From positions 26,529,972 to 26,593,971 of the forward strand of contig OZ316891.1 of NCBI GenBank assembly GCA_973895155.1: DNA of 64,000 nucleotides, written 5' to 3'. Each line of letters opens with the position of its first letter. Within the stretch, counting starts at the first letter, position 1. The translations under genes were made by a program, and so were the position numbers. Of this stretch, positions 1-11,617 are shown piece after piece. Under the pieces are notes generated by a model that was not told where the DNA came from, ran no database searches, and worked only from the letters and a program-made list of their open reading frames with translations. Source of the DNA: Marsupella aquatica (Eukaryota > Plantae > Marchantiophyta).

Positions 1-3000
1 ATCATCAGTATCCTTATGAAAGATGGAGCCAAGAAACTACAAAGAACATTAGTAGGTTTTGAAGTATGCAGCCTTGTGGTGCTCCTTACATTTTCTTATA
101 AATAGATTTCCAAATGATTCTAAGCTGCCAAAAGCGACGTTTGTGCATTTCCCGAATCTAATGTTTATTTCCTACCAAGTCTACTTGACAACCATGTTGT
201 TCTTCCAAACTTGGATGACAAAGGTTTTGAATAGTACCTGGACTGAGAAAGGTTTGTGTTGATGAAGAATCTACAGAGCCAATGCAAGAAATGTCAGTCA
301 CCTATCTCGTCTCAGAGTGAACAAAACATACATGATTCAGTCACTGATGGGCTGAAATTATAGTGGTGTGCTGCTTTCACACAAAAAAGCAAAGCAAAAT
401 TTTGAGGAAATAGCACTGAAGGTGGAAAGAGGCTACAGATTGAAAAAACTACAAAACCTTGACGTCTCCGAAGATATCATGAAGCAAAGCTGTTGCCAAT
501 GCCTTCTTCCCTGCTCCACTACGGCCTTCAAGGATCAGATGGGGACAATTGCCTTGAGAAATCTGTTAACAATTCACAACTGTCATGCATTAACCAAAAC
601 AACGGTTTCAAATGTCCCTCTATGTCACTGAGCAGATGAAGAAGACATCCCATCAACAAGCGGAAACGGAAATTTCTCGTGTGGGTTGTCGGATGCGTCA
701 CGCCTTGACAAGGCAAAGGGGAAGCAGCTCAATTTCAACGTCTGAGCTGGGAATTACTTGAGAGGACAGTACGCATTGCTGCCCACCTTACATGCAAGCA
801 AGGTATTGAGACAAAGTGACCGAAGAGAAGGAAATGAAGAGAACATTTCCCATCCTCCATCCTAACGTGGTGAGATCACTTGAACAGCTTTCTTCAGTGA
901 ATTTGGTGCTCGTGGCAAAGAACTGCTGAAAATTACGGAATCTTTCTTATGTACTTGAGCATTAACAGGGCTTGGATCTCTGACGCGGGGTGACGCACTC
1001 TAACTGGTGGCCAAAAGTAATTCGTTGAAATTTAGCTTATGAGAGTCCCCACTTTACCCAGCCTTTCTCAAGACCTGTTCACAGTGCTGAGAAAGGACCA
1101 AAAGTTACCAAGTTTTCTAGCGAAGACTTTCACACAAATTTGCTATCTACCTCAGTCTCTTGGCCGGTTGTTCGTGCAAGGCCGTTTCGTATCGAGATGT
1201 CGTTTAGTCTACCTCACCGTGCAATCTTTGAGCGAATTTATTGGACTGCCGATAAACTACCAAATAATCTTGCTAATCCTTGATGCCTTTCGCTCAAACT
1301 TGATGGCACAACACCATGTATTTGCCAGATAAATCAACAAATACTTGGACACAAGACATATGAATTAGCTCACAGTGAAGTAGATGATATCGATCCGTTT
1401 TCATTAGTCAGTTCAGAGCAACAGGCACGTTTTTTCCTCAGGTCGTCTTGCAAAGTTGCCAAGGAAACGGCCTTCACCTTTTGTGCAGGGGTGTACATAC
1501 ATACCAGCTGTTTGATTTGCTGAGTTTGCTGAGCATGACACTGGAAACCGGACAGAGATCTCGGGCAATGCTTGTCCGCCCACAAAGCCCGCACTCCGTT
1601 TTTGAAGAAAAGCTCGCTTGGAGGAGCTTCAATTCTCTGGGGCTGTTTGTCTAACCGACCTTTCTCAACACAAGTGAGTTTGAAGCATTCAGTGAGGTTG
1701 AGACCACTCGATTGTGGTCTGGAACGAACGATGGCCTTCTTCGTCAGCCCTGTATACCCAGCACCACCACTACCGTCGCCTTTCTCCTCGCCTGTCATGG
1801 TGACTTGGTGAGCGCTGGAACTTGAGACTGTGACGGGCTAAAAGTTTGACCTGGAGTAACGCGTCTATCCATGAGCATGGCCCGACCTGACAGTATACTA
1901 AATCCCACTTATGTCACAGCCAACTAGAACCACCACAATTACCACAGAGCATGGGGTTCGTGTGAGAGGAGCGATCAAGCCAGATACATAGAAGCTCTAA
2001 ATTCCAGATACACCACTGCTCTGCGCCGGGTCAGAAGTCGCGATACTCCTCGAAACTGATGGCGCAGATTCGGAGGGGACGGAGTTCCCACGGAGATTCA
2101 AACTACCGAGTGATCTTCTGGTACGTGAAGACGTGCTGCTCAGAATAGGCACAATTCATCCAGGCATTTGGTCAATAGATGCAAGAGGACTGAGCTTGGT
2201 TCACCTTGAAGCCCATGGGTCCCGTAGTAAAGCATATGCGAATTAAATGACATTGGGCTCAGGAGCTCGAGGAGCGTGTCTGAGATCCCGAGGCAAATGT
2301 GGAAAATATCGTAGGAGTATTGGTTAATAACAGAGAGAACGACAAAATGGCAGATGAACTCAATTCACCTCAGACTAGAATAGACTGCAACCTTGCAAGA
2401 GAAGGAATGTGTTTTCAAGTTCAAGGTCCTACACTAGAAAGCAGACGGTCCTGTTCAGTGAACGAAGTGTAACATTATTGTCAGTTATGCAGGCACAGAT
2501 GGGACAAGGAATTGAAGAAAAGTACAAAGCAGCCGCCTTAGTGAGGCTTCCAAAGAACTTTCCAGACACACCTTGGGCCTCTCAACCCAGCAGACCCAAC
2601 ACAGATAAGGAGGCCTGTGTAAAGAGGAAATCCAATAGAGGAAACCTCTTGTTACTTACACTTGACAGTAATCCAATAGGTGGTGATGGATGCTACGGTT
2701 TCTCTCATGTGTCTTTCAAATCCTTCGCAGTGTCAATGTACAAACGATGGCAGCCTGCGGAAGCCTGGCAAAGGCAACTCCATCCTGGGAAGAGAAAGGC
2801 GGGGCGAAACAATGCTACTGATGTATGGGATGGAGAGTGAATAAATCTACGAAAGAAGTTGAAAGTTGACATGGTCCTAATGGACTAAGTGAGGAACAAC
2901 TACAATTGTCTTTCACGAACTTTAGTCTCCCTTGGTGAATACGGAGCTGTCATCTCTGATTCATGCAGTTTTTCTTGCACCTGTAAGCCTCTTGATGGTG

Positions 3001-4415
3001 GTCATTAGAGCAGAACCGCGATAACATATCTTTACAAGACGGTGCGTCAGTCGCTAACCCGCCCCCTTTTGGAGTTCAATTTTACCTTTGGGCTTCGCTC
3101 TTTCCGTCTCTATTCCGGAGCTTGGAGCCAGATTAGAGCGACTCCGTCCGACCATCAATGCAAAGATTACCCCTGTGAAATTCATCCTCACTTAAAGTAA
3201 TCAAACTCTCAAACAAGAACTTTAAGGCACCGGCTGTTGCTCCTGGTTCAACATCTGTTTGCGGGTTTGTTTCGGTTGGTGATCTCTCTCTGGTCATCGT
3301 ACAGGACGAGTGCAATACAGAATCTTGGCACCTGCGTGAATAGCCCACCAGGAACACTTGTGAGCCCGAATTCGAGTTGGGTGCAGCAGGCAAAGTTCCA
3401 GATTCGTCATGGGGTAAATTATTCGGAGTCTCTCTCCAAATGGGTTTTCACAATATACATGGTCTTGGAAGCTCGGGAGGGTGTCCTGAAAGGCCTCGTG
3501 TTTGTCTGTCATCGGTATGGATCCGACAGTGCATGGCTTTGAGCAGCTCACAGCTACAGGGATTTCACCAAGAGGGACTTTGTGCACGTTACAGACCAAG
3601 AAATTCATAGTGAAACAGGGACACTGAGGGGCTACATCTCATCAATCCGTAATGTTGTGCACCAGTGCATCCATTTCTTTGACGGTGTACGAAAGGCCCC
3701 ATCTCTACAAAAGAAGAGCAACAACTGAGAACCTTATGGATTCCTGTATTCACCGTAAACTTGATACTTCTTGGTCCCTTCCTCACTGGCTGGAGATTCA
3801 AATTAATGAATAGCATCATTCGAATGTGTACGTAGGATTTGGACTTAGGCTTGACAAATTCTTGACCAAACGATATCGTTGGAAATCTGAAAATGTCCAT
3901 TCATCGCTTTGTCCCATATTGTCAGGCCTTTCTGCAATGCTTTCTCACCACCAACACAGCACAGTTCTGGACCAAACGTAACACATATGGCAATTGCACA
4001 ATATCTCCACTAGTGCCATACATGACAATTGAACAGAAGAATTATGAGAAAGCGAACGCAAATCCTTTCTAGACACCAATGTCGAGGCAAAACGCCAAAA
4101 GAGTGAGAACATATTTTCACTCAGTTCAAGAAAAAGTTCGCTTGGAATAGACATTGGAAACAATTTACATGAAACGAAGGTAAGCCCTTTGGACTCGTAT
4201 TGTTTCTCTCCGAAATTCATTCACCTCTCAGTGACGTGTGGAAGGCAGTACAGTATATGAAGAGGCCTCCTAGGTACAGAAAAACTTGTTCAGGACCTAT
4301 ATCTGACTTTCCCACCCATGAGTACCTTTCTGAACTGAGACAATCTATGTCATAGTTTTCTTTCTTTGCGCCTCTCTTTGATTTCATAATCTTTCCTCTG
4401 TTTTGACTCTTTTGT

Positions 4416-4712
4416 TCAATTACCAGAAGGGTAGAGCCTTTCAAGCGCAGATAGGCTAAACCATGTCCGATCCGCCTGCTCACTCTCCTTGTTCAGCAGC
4501 TTGTCGACCTCCTCATCAATTTTCTTGCACTCTTCACGGCTAGGTATGTAGATGTGCTGGAGGCCCTCCTTGAGACCCTCGATGTTGTCCCAGTCGAGCA
4601 GGAATTTGAGGATTCTGACACCTTAGAACTCTGGATAGCCATCAAATTGCCCGTCCTGCACGAGGATGAAGCGGCCTTGGTAGTAGACGTAAATGAGGCG
4701 GCGCTCGCCCAT
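4416..4712 (-). pseudogene. Truncated pseudogene resembling a fungal/bacterial uncharacterised protein family (MGTR...QYGQWDGYPxGQG type)
   Basis: Minus frame from ATG 4712 reads MGERRLIYVYYQGRFILVQDGQFDGYPEF*GVRILKFLLDWDNIEGLKEGLQHIYIPSREECKKIDEEVDK...LERLYPS, with one in-frame TAA (4623-4625) where the recalled motif has Q. Family match is from memory. Confidence 0.55.
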
Positions 4713-5002
4713 GATGAATGAGGTCACACACTCCAACTGAAGCTCCCTTGCTTCACTCCACTGCTCACCACCGACACCAGCCGGCAGTCCTGAAGGCACA
4801 TATGGAAGAGAAACAGAGTGCACAGAAAACGCATCTTCCGCGTATGCGTCCCAACAGTTTTCCCTAAACTCGCGATCAAAAAGAGAATAAAACTCACTGC
4901 TTCTTACTCATCTTTACATGGCACCAACAAGTTCAATACGATCCAGTCTGCCTAGCTTCACATGAACACAAAGCTGAGGTAAAGTTCCCATTTTACAACC
5001 AT

Positions 5003-5642
5003 ATGGCGCCCATGTTTTCAAGTCTACCTCCACGATCATAGTTAATCTCGGGGCCATATCTGACTGGAAAAACCTTTTCAAAGAGTACCATCAATCTGAA
5101 GCTTTCCGAGCTCAAGATTGAGAGGTGAGAACAGAGATCACCCCCTCTGAATACCACGTAAAAAGGATGAATTCGGCTTTGAATTGAATGCCTGAATGGC
5201 AGCTTCGTCGAGCTATGGCGCCCAACTGTTCAAGTCTACGCTCCATGATCACAGTTAATCTCGGGGCCAGATCCGACTGGAAAAACCTTTTCAAAGAGTA
5301 CCATCATTCTGAAGCTGTCCGAGCTCAACATTGAGAGATGAGAACAGAGATCACCCCCTCCGAATGCCGGCTTTGCATTGAAGGCCTGAATGCCAGCTTC
5401 CGAATGCCACATAAAAAGGATGGATTCCGCTTTGAATTGAATGCCAGCTTCCTCGAGCTATGGCACCCAAGTTTTCAAGCTTACGCTCCACGATTATAGT
5501 TAATCTCGGGGCCAGATCCGACTGAAAAACCGAGTACTATCATTCTGAAGCTTTCCGAGCTCAAAATTAAGAGATGAGAACAGAGATCGCCGCATCCGAA
5601 TGCCGGCTTTGCATTGAAGGCCTAAATGCCAGCTTCCTCGAG
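5003..5642. repeat. Imperfect tandem repeat, about 3 units of roughly 200-250 bp
   Basis: The block ATGGCGCCC..TTCAAGTCTAC..AGTTAATCTCGGGGCCA..GAGTACCATC..CTGAAGCT..GAGAACAGAGATC recurs at about 5003, 5215 and 5460. Confidence 0.85.
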
Positions 5643-6249
5643 CATCAGGTGGTAAGATGATCACAAAGAGAGCTCACACCTCCGATGATAGGAACAGGAA
5701 TACAGTTGAGGATGCTTTCACAGTCAGCCACTTAGTACAAGAATTTCCACAACAGATTCCGAATGTCATTGGGCAAATGGGATGGCGAAGGATTGCACAT
5801 GAAGGTGAATTCATCGTTCAAACGCTGGCCATGAAACGAATTCAGGGTGGTTTCCATTTTGGATCCTCGGCTAAAAAGCTGTCACCTCGACACGAATGAA
5901 CGGAAGTGATACATCACCGATGGTACAACACTGGCAGTTGAGATGTCAGCAATTAGCACTGAAGAGGTTCCCAAGTGATTACAATAGGGGGTCTAATGTC
6001 AAAATTTGTTGGACCTTCACTCAGTAGTTAGTTAAGGTTATAAAATTAGGGTAGAAAAAATTATGGACTACCAAATTATGGCGTGATTCAACTTAAGTGC
6101 AAGGCAGTTCACCATAGTTTCTTCCCATAGTTCACAAAGTACTGGGCTGGGTTCTAAAATGGAGGGCTAGCTGCACCTCATAAGACCACTAGTGGTTATT
6201 AACTGAAGTTTTATCAGGGCCCCATGATCAGGCCAGGTTTTCCAGGCAA

Positions 6250-6517
6250 GGTCCATCAAGCATATCTCTCTAGCAGATTATCGAGATTGTTCAAAGTCCA
6301 TCAAGCATATCTCTCTAGCAGATTATCGAGATCGTTCAGGGTCCATCAAGCATATCTCTCTAGCAGATTATCGAGATTGTTCAGGGTCCATCAAGCATAT
6401 CTCTAGCAGATTATCAAGATTGTCCAGGGTCCATCAAGCATATCTCTCTAGCAGATTATCGAGATTGTTCAGGGTCCATCAAGCATATCTCTCAAGCATA
6501 TTATCGAGATTGTTCAG
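6250..6517. repeat. 45-bp minisatellite, about 6 copies
   Basis: Unit GTCCATCAAGCATATCTCTCTAGCAGATTATCGAGATTGTTCAGG repeated head to tail with no spacers. Confidence 0.95.
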
Positions 6518-6986
6518 CTGAGCTCCAGGATTGCTTGTGGATGGATTTGCTTCAGCTTCAGAATTAATGGAGTTCAAAGTCCGGGCGCTCCTTCAATGGG
6601 CTCTGGCCGAACTGCACATAATAGGGCGAATCAATACTTGTGAATTTGTGATCTGACTTGGGCAAATGTGATAGTCCATAACTCTGGTTATGGTATTTGC
6701 CTGTGGTGGAGTTTACAATGCAGGCAGTTTTGTCCGCTCGACCTCCAACAAGGAGCACTTATCTGCTCCTGGAGACAAGATATGATTGAGGAACAAAGCT
6801 TACAACAAGATGCTCGATTGGCTGGAAAATCCCAACAATTCTGCACATCTCCATGGAAGCACCAATTGTACCAAAATCAATGGTAACTCCCCAACAAAGA
6901 AGACATCTTTCAAACGGATGCTTCTAGTTATGCAATTAACACTGAAAATAATCTAGGGAAGAGATATGAACAATGCATCATACATT

Positions 6987-7103
6987 CAAAGAGGTGCTTG
7001 CTTTGAAGATTGACAATGGGGGAGGACTCAACAAAGTTGAAATTGAAAGAGGTGCTTGCTTTGAAGATTGACAATGGGGGAGGACTCAACAAAGTTGAAA
7101 TTG
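6987..7103. repeat. Direct tandem duplication of about 59 bp
   Basis: AAAGAGGTGCTTGCTTTGAAGATTGACAATGGGGGAGGACTCAACAAAGTTGAAATTG occurs twice. Confidence 0.9.
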
Positions 7104-7339
7104 CTGGAAAAATGTCCACTGAGGACAAGCTGAACAACGGTACCCCCACTTCAAGAGGATGTATGCCTTTTACGATGATAGAGCAAATTTGCTGCCGTGA
7201 CTGCAAAAACCCAGATTTGAGACACCCTAATTAAGTCCAAACCAAATTCCCTCCAGACTGCCTCAACTCACACTCTATACTCATGATAAGAAAATCATGG
7301 TTTGGAGGAGCGGCAGACAGATAGAACAAGTTTCGAGCA

Positions 7340-7732
7340 ATAGGGCGTGTCAATACAGAGCCATAAATGAGATATGGCCAAGGCTATGAAACTGTTTTAT
7401 TGCCAGGAGATAAGAAGTTATGGGCTGTCTAATTAAATACAAGCCCCATAATAATCTTAAGTCTAAAATGTTTTGACCCATAAGACCTTGCTGACGGGGA
7501 TAGTTTGACAGGGCTGGCCCTCATTAAATACAAGCCAAAGGCATGACAAAAAGGCATGTCAAAACAGGGCCATAAATGGGATAGATACGACAAAGACCAT
7601 AAAACAGTTTTATGACCAGGGACCAGGACGTAAGGCGTTATGGGCAGCCTAATTGAATATAAGCCCTATAGTTATCTTCAGTCTAAAATGTTCCAACACA
7701 TAAGACTTTGCTTACGGGGATAGTTTGACATG
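7340..7732. repeat. Diverged tandem duplication of about 220 bp
   Basis: GCCATAAATG..GTTATGGGC..CTAATT..AAGCCC..AGTCTAAAATGTT..CATAAGAC..GGGGATAGTTTGACA appears twice. Confidence 0.7.
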
Positions 7733-8690
7733 CACTAATAAGTTGAGGTGCCATTTCACTAAACCCTGAACCTGAAGTGAAACGTGGCAGAAGGCAATGC
7801 TCACTTCGGACACGTATTTTGGGCCCACTTGGCGGATAGGCCAGAGTGGGTCAGTCGACTTACGCGTGTCAGTCTTGCCACTCTTGCCAGAGTGTTCATG
7901 TTCATCCGCCGAGTTGGGTAATTCTGGCGATGGAAGCCAGAAGGCCGGACGCTTCAAATCAGCGAATCCAGCAAGCTTGAGATAGGCTGGAGAATTGTGG
8001 ATCGGACACCCACCGTTTCTACTCCGTCTGCCGGTCTCACAGGTGGGTATTTTTGATTCAATAATGTCTAATCTATAATGGACAAAATGTGTCAACGTCT
8101 GTGAATGTACAGTGCAAAGGGGTTCTTGAGTTACTTTACAGTACGCCGTGGACTTGTCGTGATCTTCATCTTTAATTTGTTTCGATAGTTACATGTGCTT
8201 CATACAAGCGTTTTCTGCATTTGGGCATTGGTACTGGGTTTGCGACTCACGATTTAGAGCTCTCCATCTTTGCGTTTCCTTTTGCAGTCAGCAATGTTTT
8301 GTCAACTATTAGTAGCCCCCTATCAGCATGGAACGTTAAGGCTGTCATTAAGGATTAGTTCCAAAAATGACGTGTTAGACTTTATGAATCTACTCTTCTG
8401 GTTTATCCAGGCATCTGAAGTCGTGCTTGAATTTTGTCACCCATCCAGGATTGGAGGTCCAAAATAAACTGGGTCTTGAACGATTCGAAAGAGCGTAGAT
8501 CTAGAAGCTTTTGATGTGAACCCAAAACTACTGGAAATGGTGAGGGCAGTACTAACGAGCGTTTGATCGGGTTTTTGTTGTGGGTCTTGGTCTCTTCAAC
8601 CAGAGAACATTTGTAAGGTCTCGTTTGACGACTCGTACCCAACAGGGACATTCTTTCTCTGGGCCGTGCTGCATTGTACAACCGAGTGAG

Positions 8691-10208
8691 ATGGATTCCG
8701 AGTTTTTCATCAGATCCACCGCATTTTCTAATGGGGGACACATACCCCGGAAGTATACACGAGACGGAGCTGGTGCGCAGGTGGACATGTCACCGCCGCT
8801 GGAATGGTATAATGTGCCAGAAGATACGGAGACCTTGGCCGTTATAGTAGAAGATGTCGATGCTCCTGATCCTGACGACCCTATCGTTCCGTTCGTGCAC
8901 TGGTTTGTACTGTCTCGCGTTTCCGTTCTCGTTGTTAATTTTGCGTTGCCTCCATTCGGGCCTTGATTGGGTCTGGATCGTCCCTGAAAATCTGTGTAAT
9001 AAAAACTACTTATAATAATGTTGCCCCAAACTTGCTATATATCGAGAATTTGAAGAAACTGTGCGTTTATCTTTCTCCATTCCGTCAAGTACAAATTAAC
9101 ATCATGAGAACTGTCGAAGTTACGGAGTCTCAGCCTCGCAATCCACATTTATTACAGAGTACTATTTTTTGAGATCATTTTCTGAGATCTAGTAGCCCGT
9201 CTAGTAGCCGCTGTATAAGTCTTGAAGGAATTCTGTGTTTCTGTTTTGATTTTACCGAAAGAGTTTTCTAGATTGAATTATTAAGGTGGAAGTACCTTAG
9301 GAAGAGAATTTTGAATGCCCCTTGGTTCTTCGTCTGAACCCATAGAAATCTCGCATATTGATTGGCTGATCGAACTCATAGGGTGTCACATGCCTCTGAG
9401 GACGTTGACGTCCGTCTTGACATCAGTTGCATTCCACTTGCTAATTTTCATCGAGCTTCCCTGTCATGAATTACCCAATTTAGAGTTCTGACACGATTCT
9501 CTCGACGTTGAGCTATTGCAGGGTAGTGGTGAACATTCCCCCAACTCTGAAGGGGCTACCAGCAGGTTTCAGGCAGAAAGACGTTGAAGGGCAGCCGGAA
9601 TATGGAGACATTCAGGAAGGTGTAAATGATTTCAAGGCTCCAGGGTACAACGGTCCTAGTACTCCTAAAGGAATTCATCGAATTGAATACAGGGTGTACG
9701 CTCTTGACACCAAGGTCAAGCTTGGCAACAAGGTGCTGAATTCGCATCATTCTTTGGTTTGTGGGAAGCCTCTTTTACGCAGTCTCTTGAACATTCTGTT
9801 TCATTTCTGCCCAATTATCTCCAAATGTGATGTGCAAAGTCCCATTTGTCAACCTTAATGTATCTAATAAGCTACACTGACCTCTTCTTAACACACATGT
9901 ACATTGCTGTATTCCATTGCCATGACACTGGGATAAACATACGTTGCAGGCTACTGCACCGAATAAGCTACACTGACTCTCTTCTTAACACACGTGTACA
10001 TTGCTGTATTCCATTGCCATGACACTGGATAAAACATACGTTGCAGGTTACGGCACCTAAGTTTCTGGACGAATACTCTGGCAATATTATCGCTCAAGCG
10101 ACCTTGGTGGGCAGCTATAGCAAAGAGAAGATGGCGAAGGGAATTTTCATTGGTGCTCCTGAGCATTTGGATGCACAGAAGGATACCCGTGCCGTGGTTC
10201 ACCAATGA
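8691..10208 (+). CDS. PEBP family protein, YbhB/YbcL (Raf kinase inhibitor-like) type; exons 8691-8902, 9522-9732, 10047-10208
   Basis: Motifs IPRKYT, SPPLEWYNVP, VIVEDVDAPDP, FVHWVVVNIP, GYNGP and HRIEYRVYALD. GT-AG junctions splice in frame; the last exon reads VTAPKFLDEYSGNIIAQATLVGSY...VVHQ*. Confidence 0.92.
9866..10058. repeat. About 97-bp tandem duplication spanning the intron 2 acceptor of the PEBP gene
   Basis: AATAAGCTACACTGAC..CATTGCTGTATTCCATTGCCATGACACTGG..CATACGTTGCAGG occurs twice, with acceptor AGs at 9948-9949 and 10045-10046. Confidence 0.9.
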
Positions 10209-11617
10209 TCGCTTTCTGCGTATGACGTCATCATCAAAGTGTGGTACTTCCTCATTCCACTGCTGCAATCGATCCAAATGTGAAAAAAAAATCTAATAAT
10301 AATGTTTTATGGATACTGCCTGTCACACAAATTTGGATACTGCTCGAGATACTGCCTGTCACACAAATCACTGAGCCGTCGAGGGCTGTATGATCTGAAC
10401 TTCACCGTTGCACAAACCTAAGTAGGCGTATCAAAATCGATAGGCAATTAATTTTGGGATGATGTCTATACGTACGTGTCCATATGTTTCTAGCTTTGGC
10501 TTTTGGCACAGCTTGGGGTAAAAGTTTCCGAAGTCAAAAGTTATGGACACGAGATTGGACTTACTTTATGAATGTTTAGTGGGCTTTGTTCACTTCACGA
10601 AAACCAACTCCTGGATGATTGAAACGCATTGAACCTACATTTTCTACTAGGTTCCTCTCGCGATTTAATAGGAGCTGAATAGTTATTTCGCCGCAGAGTC
10701 TTCATAAAAAATTGCGTTTCCTTTGAATTGGTGATCTTTCAAGGTCCCCGCGTGGGCAAATCAAGGACCGACTCAGAAGCAGGAACTTCCGCTCGTTTCT
10801 AACAGGATGAATATGTACGTCTTGCACAATATTGCATGAGTAAAGAACCTGAAATGGAAAACCGGGCGAAGCCGCAACAGAGTACAAAAGTGCTTGAACA
10901 CGGAAGGTTGAATGAGGAGAGCTTCAAAAGCAGAACGTAAGGCTCTCCATAAACGAATGTCTTAAATTGTAAGTAGAGGACCCAGTCCAATTTTTAATTC
11001 TTCGCTTTCAATCGTGAAGATTAGATAGCTCTGATCGAGCACGATTCCGACAAACTCATTCAGCTGAACGAAAAAAGTACGACGGAACGTGAACTATCAA
11101 GGAACTAATTAAAAGCATTATCCAGGAACTAGTGAAAAGAATTATCCAGGAACTAATTAAAACAATTATCCAGGAACTAACGCTGATTGCTACTTCAAAG
11201 CAGTCAGCTAAATTTGGAGTTGTGTAGCTGCGTAGCTTACGCACGCAATGCTTCTGGCGCACAAATCCGATGGCCAACTCATAATTTGTTACAGACTAAG
11301 CTCAGTCCAGTTCGAACAGTTGCAATGATGTACTCATGATTGACTAAGAATTGCAATGGCATGAGCGAAGACCAGCCTCGGCTGTTACGTCGAAGCCACA
11401 TCCATGCTTAGTTAGCTTTTATATTACTAGCCAACGGCCTTCAACTCCGAGGGTAAATTTTTGTGAGTAGTAGAAGATAGTAGTCAAACGACTGGGAAGC
11501 TATACTATAGAACTAGTAATCCAGACTTATGGGGCCGATTGTCGACCACCGAGTTGCACGTCCTCTTGCATCGCTCTGCATCGATCTCTGTGCCTAGTTG
11601 GATCAATTAATCATTAA

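Noticed and set aside
6250-6517. Regular 45-bp repeats resembling a CRISPR array
   Set aside because: The units are contiguous with no unique spacers, there are no cas genes, and the context is eukaryotic; it is a minisatellite.
8580-8966. Bacterial-type YbhB PEBP as a recent HGT
   Set aside because: This subfamily is already known in land plants and the gene has normal spliceosomal introns.
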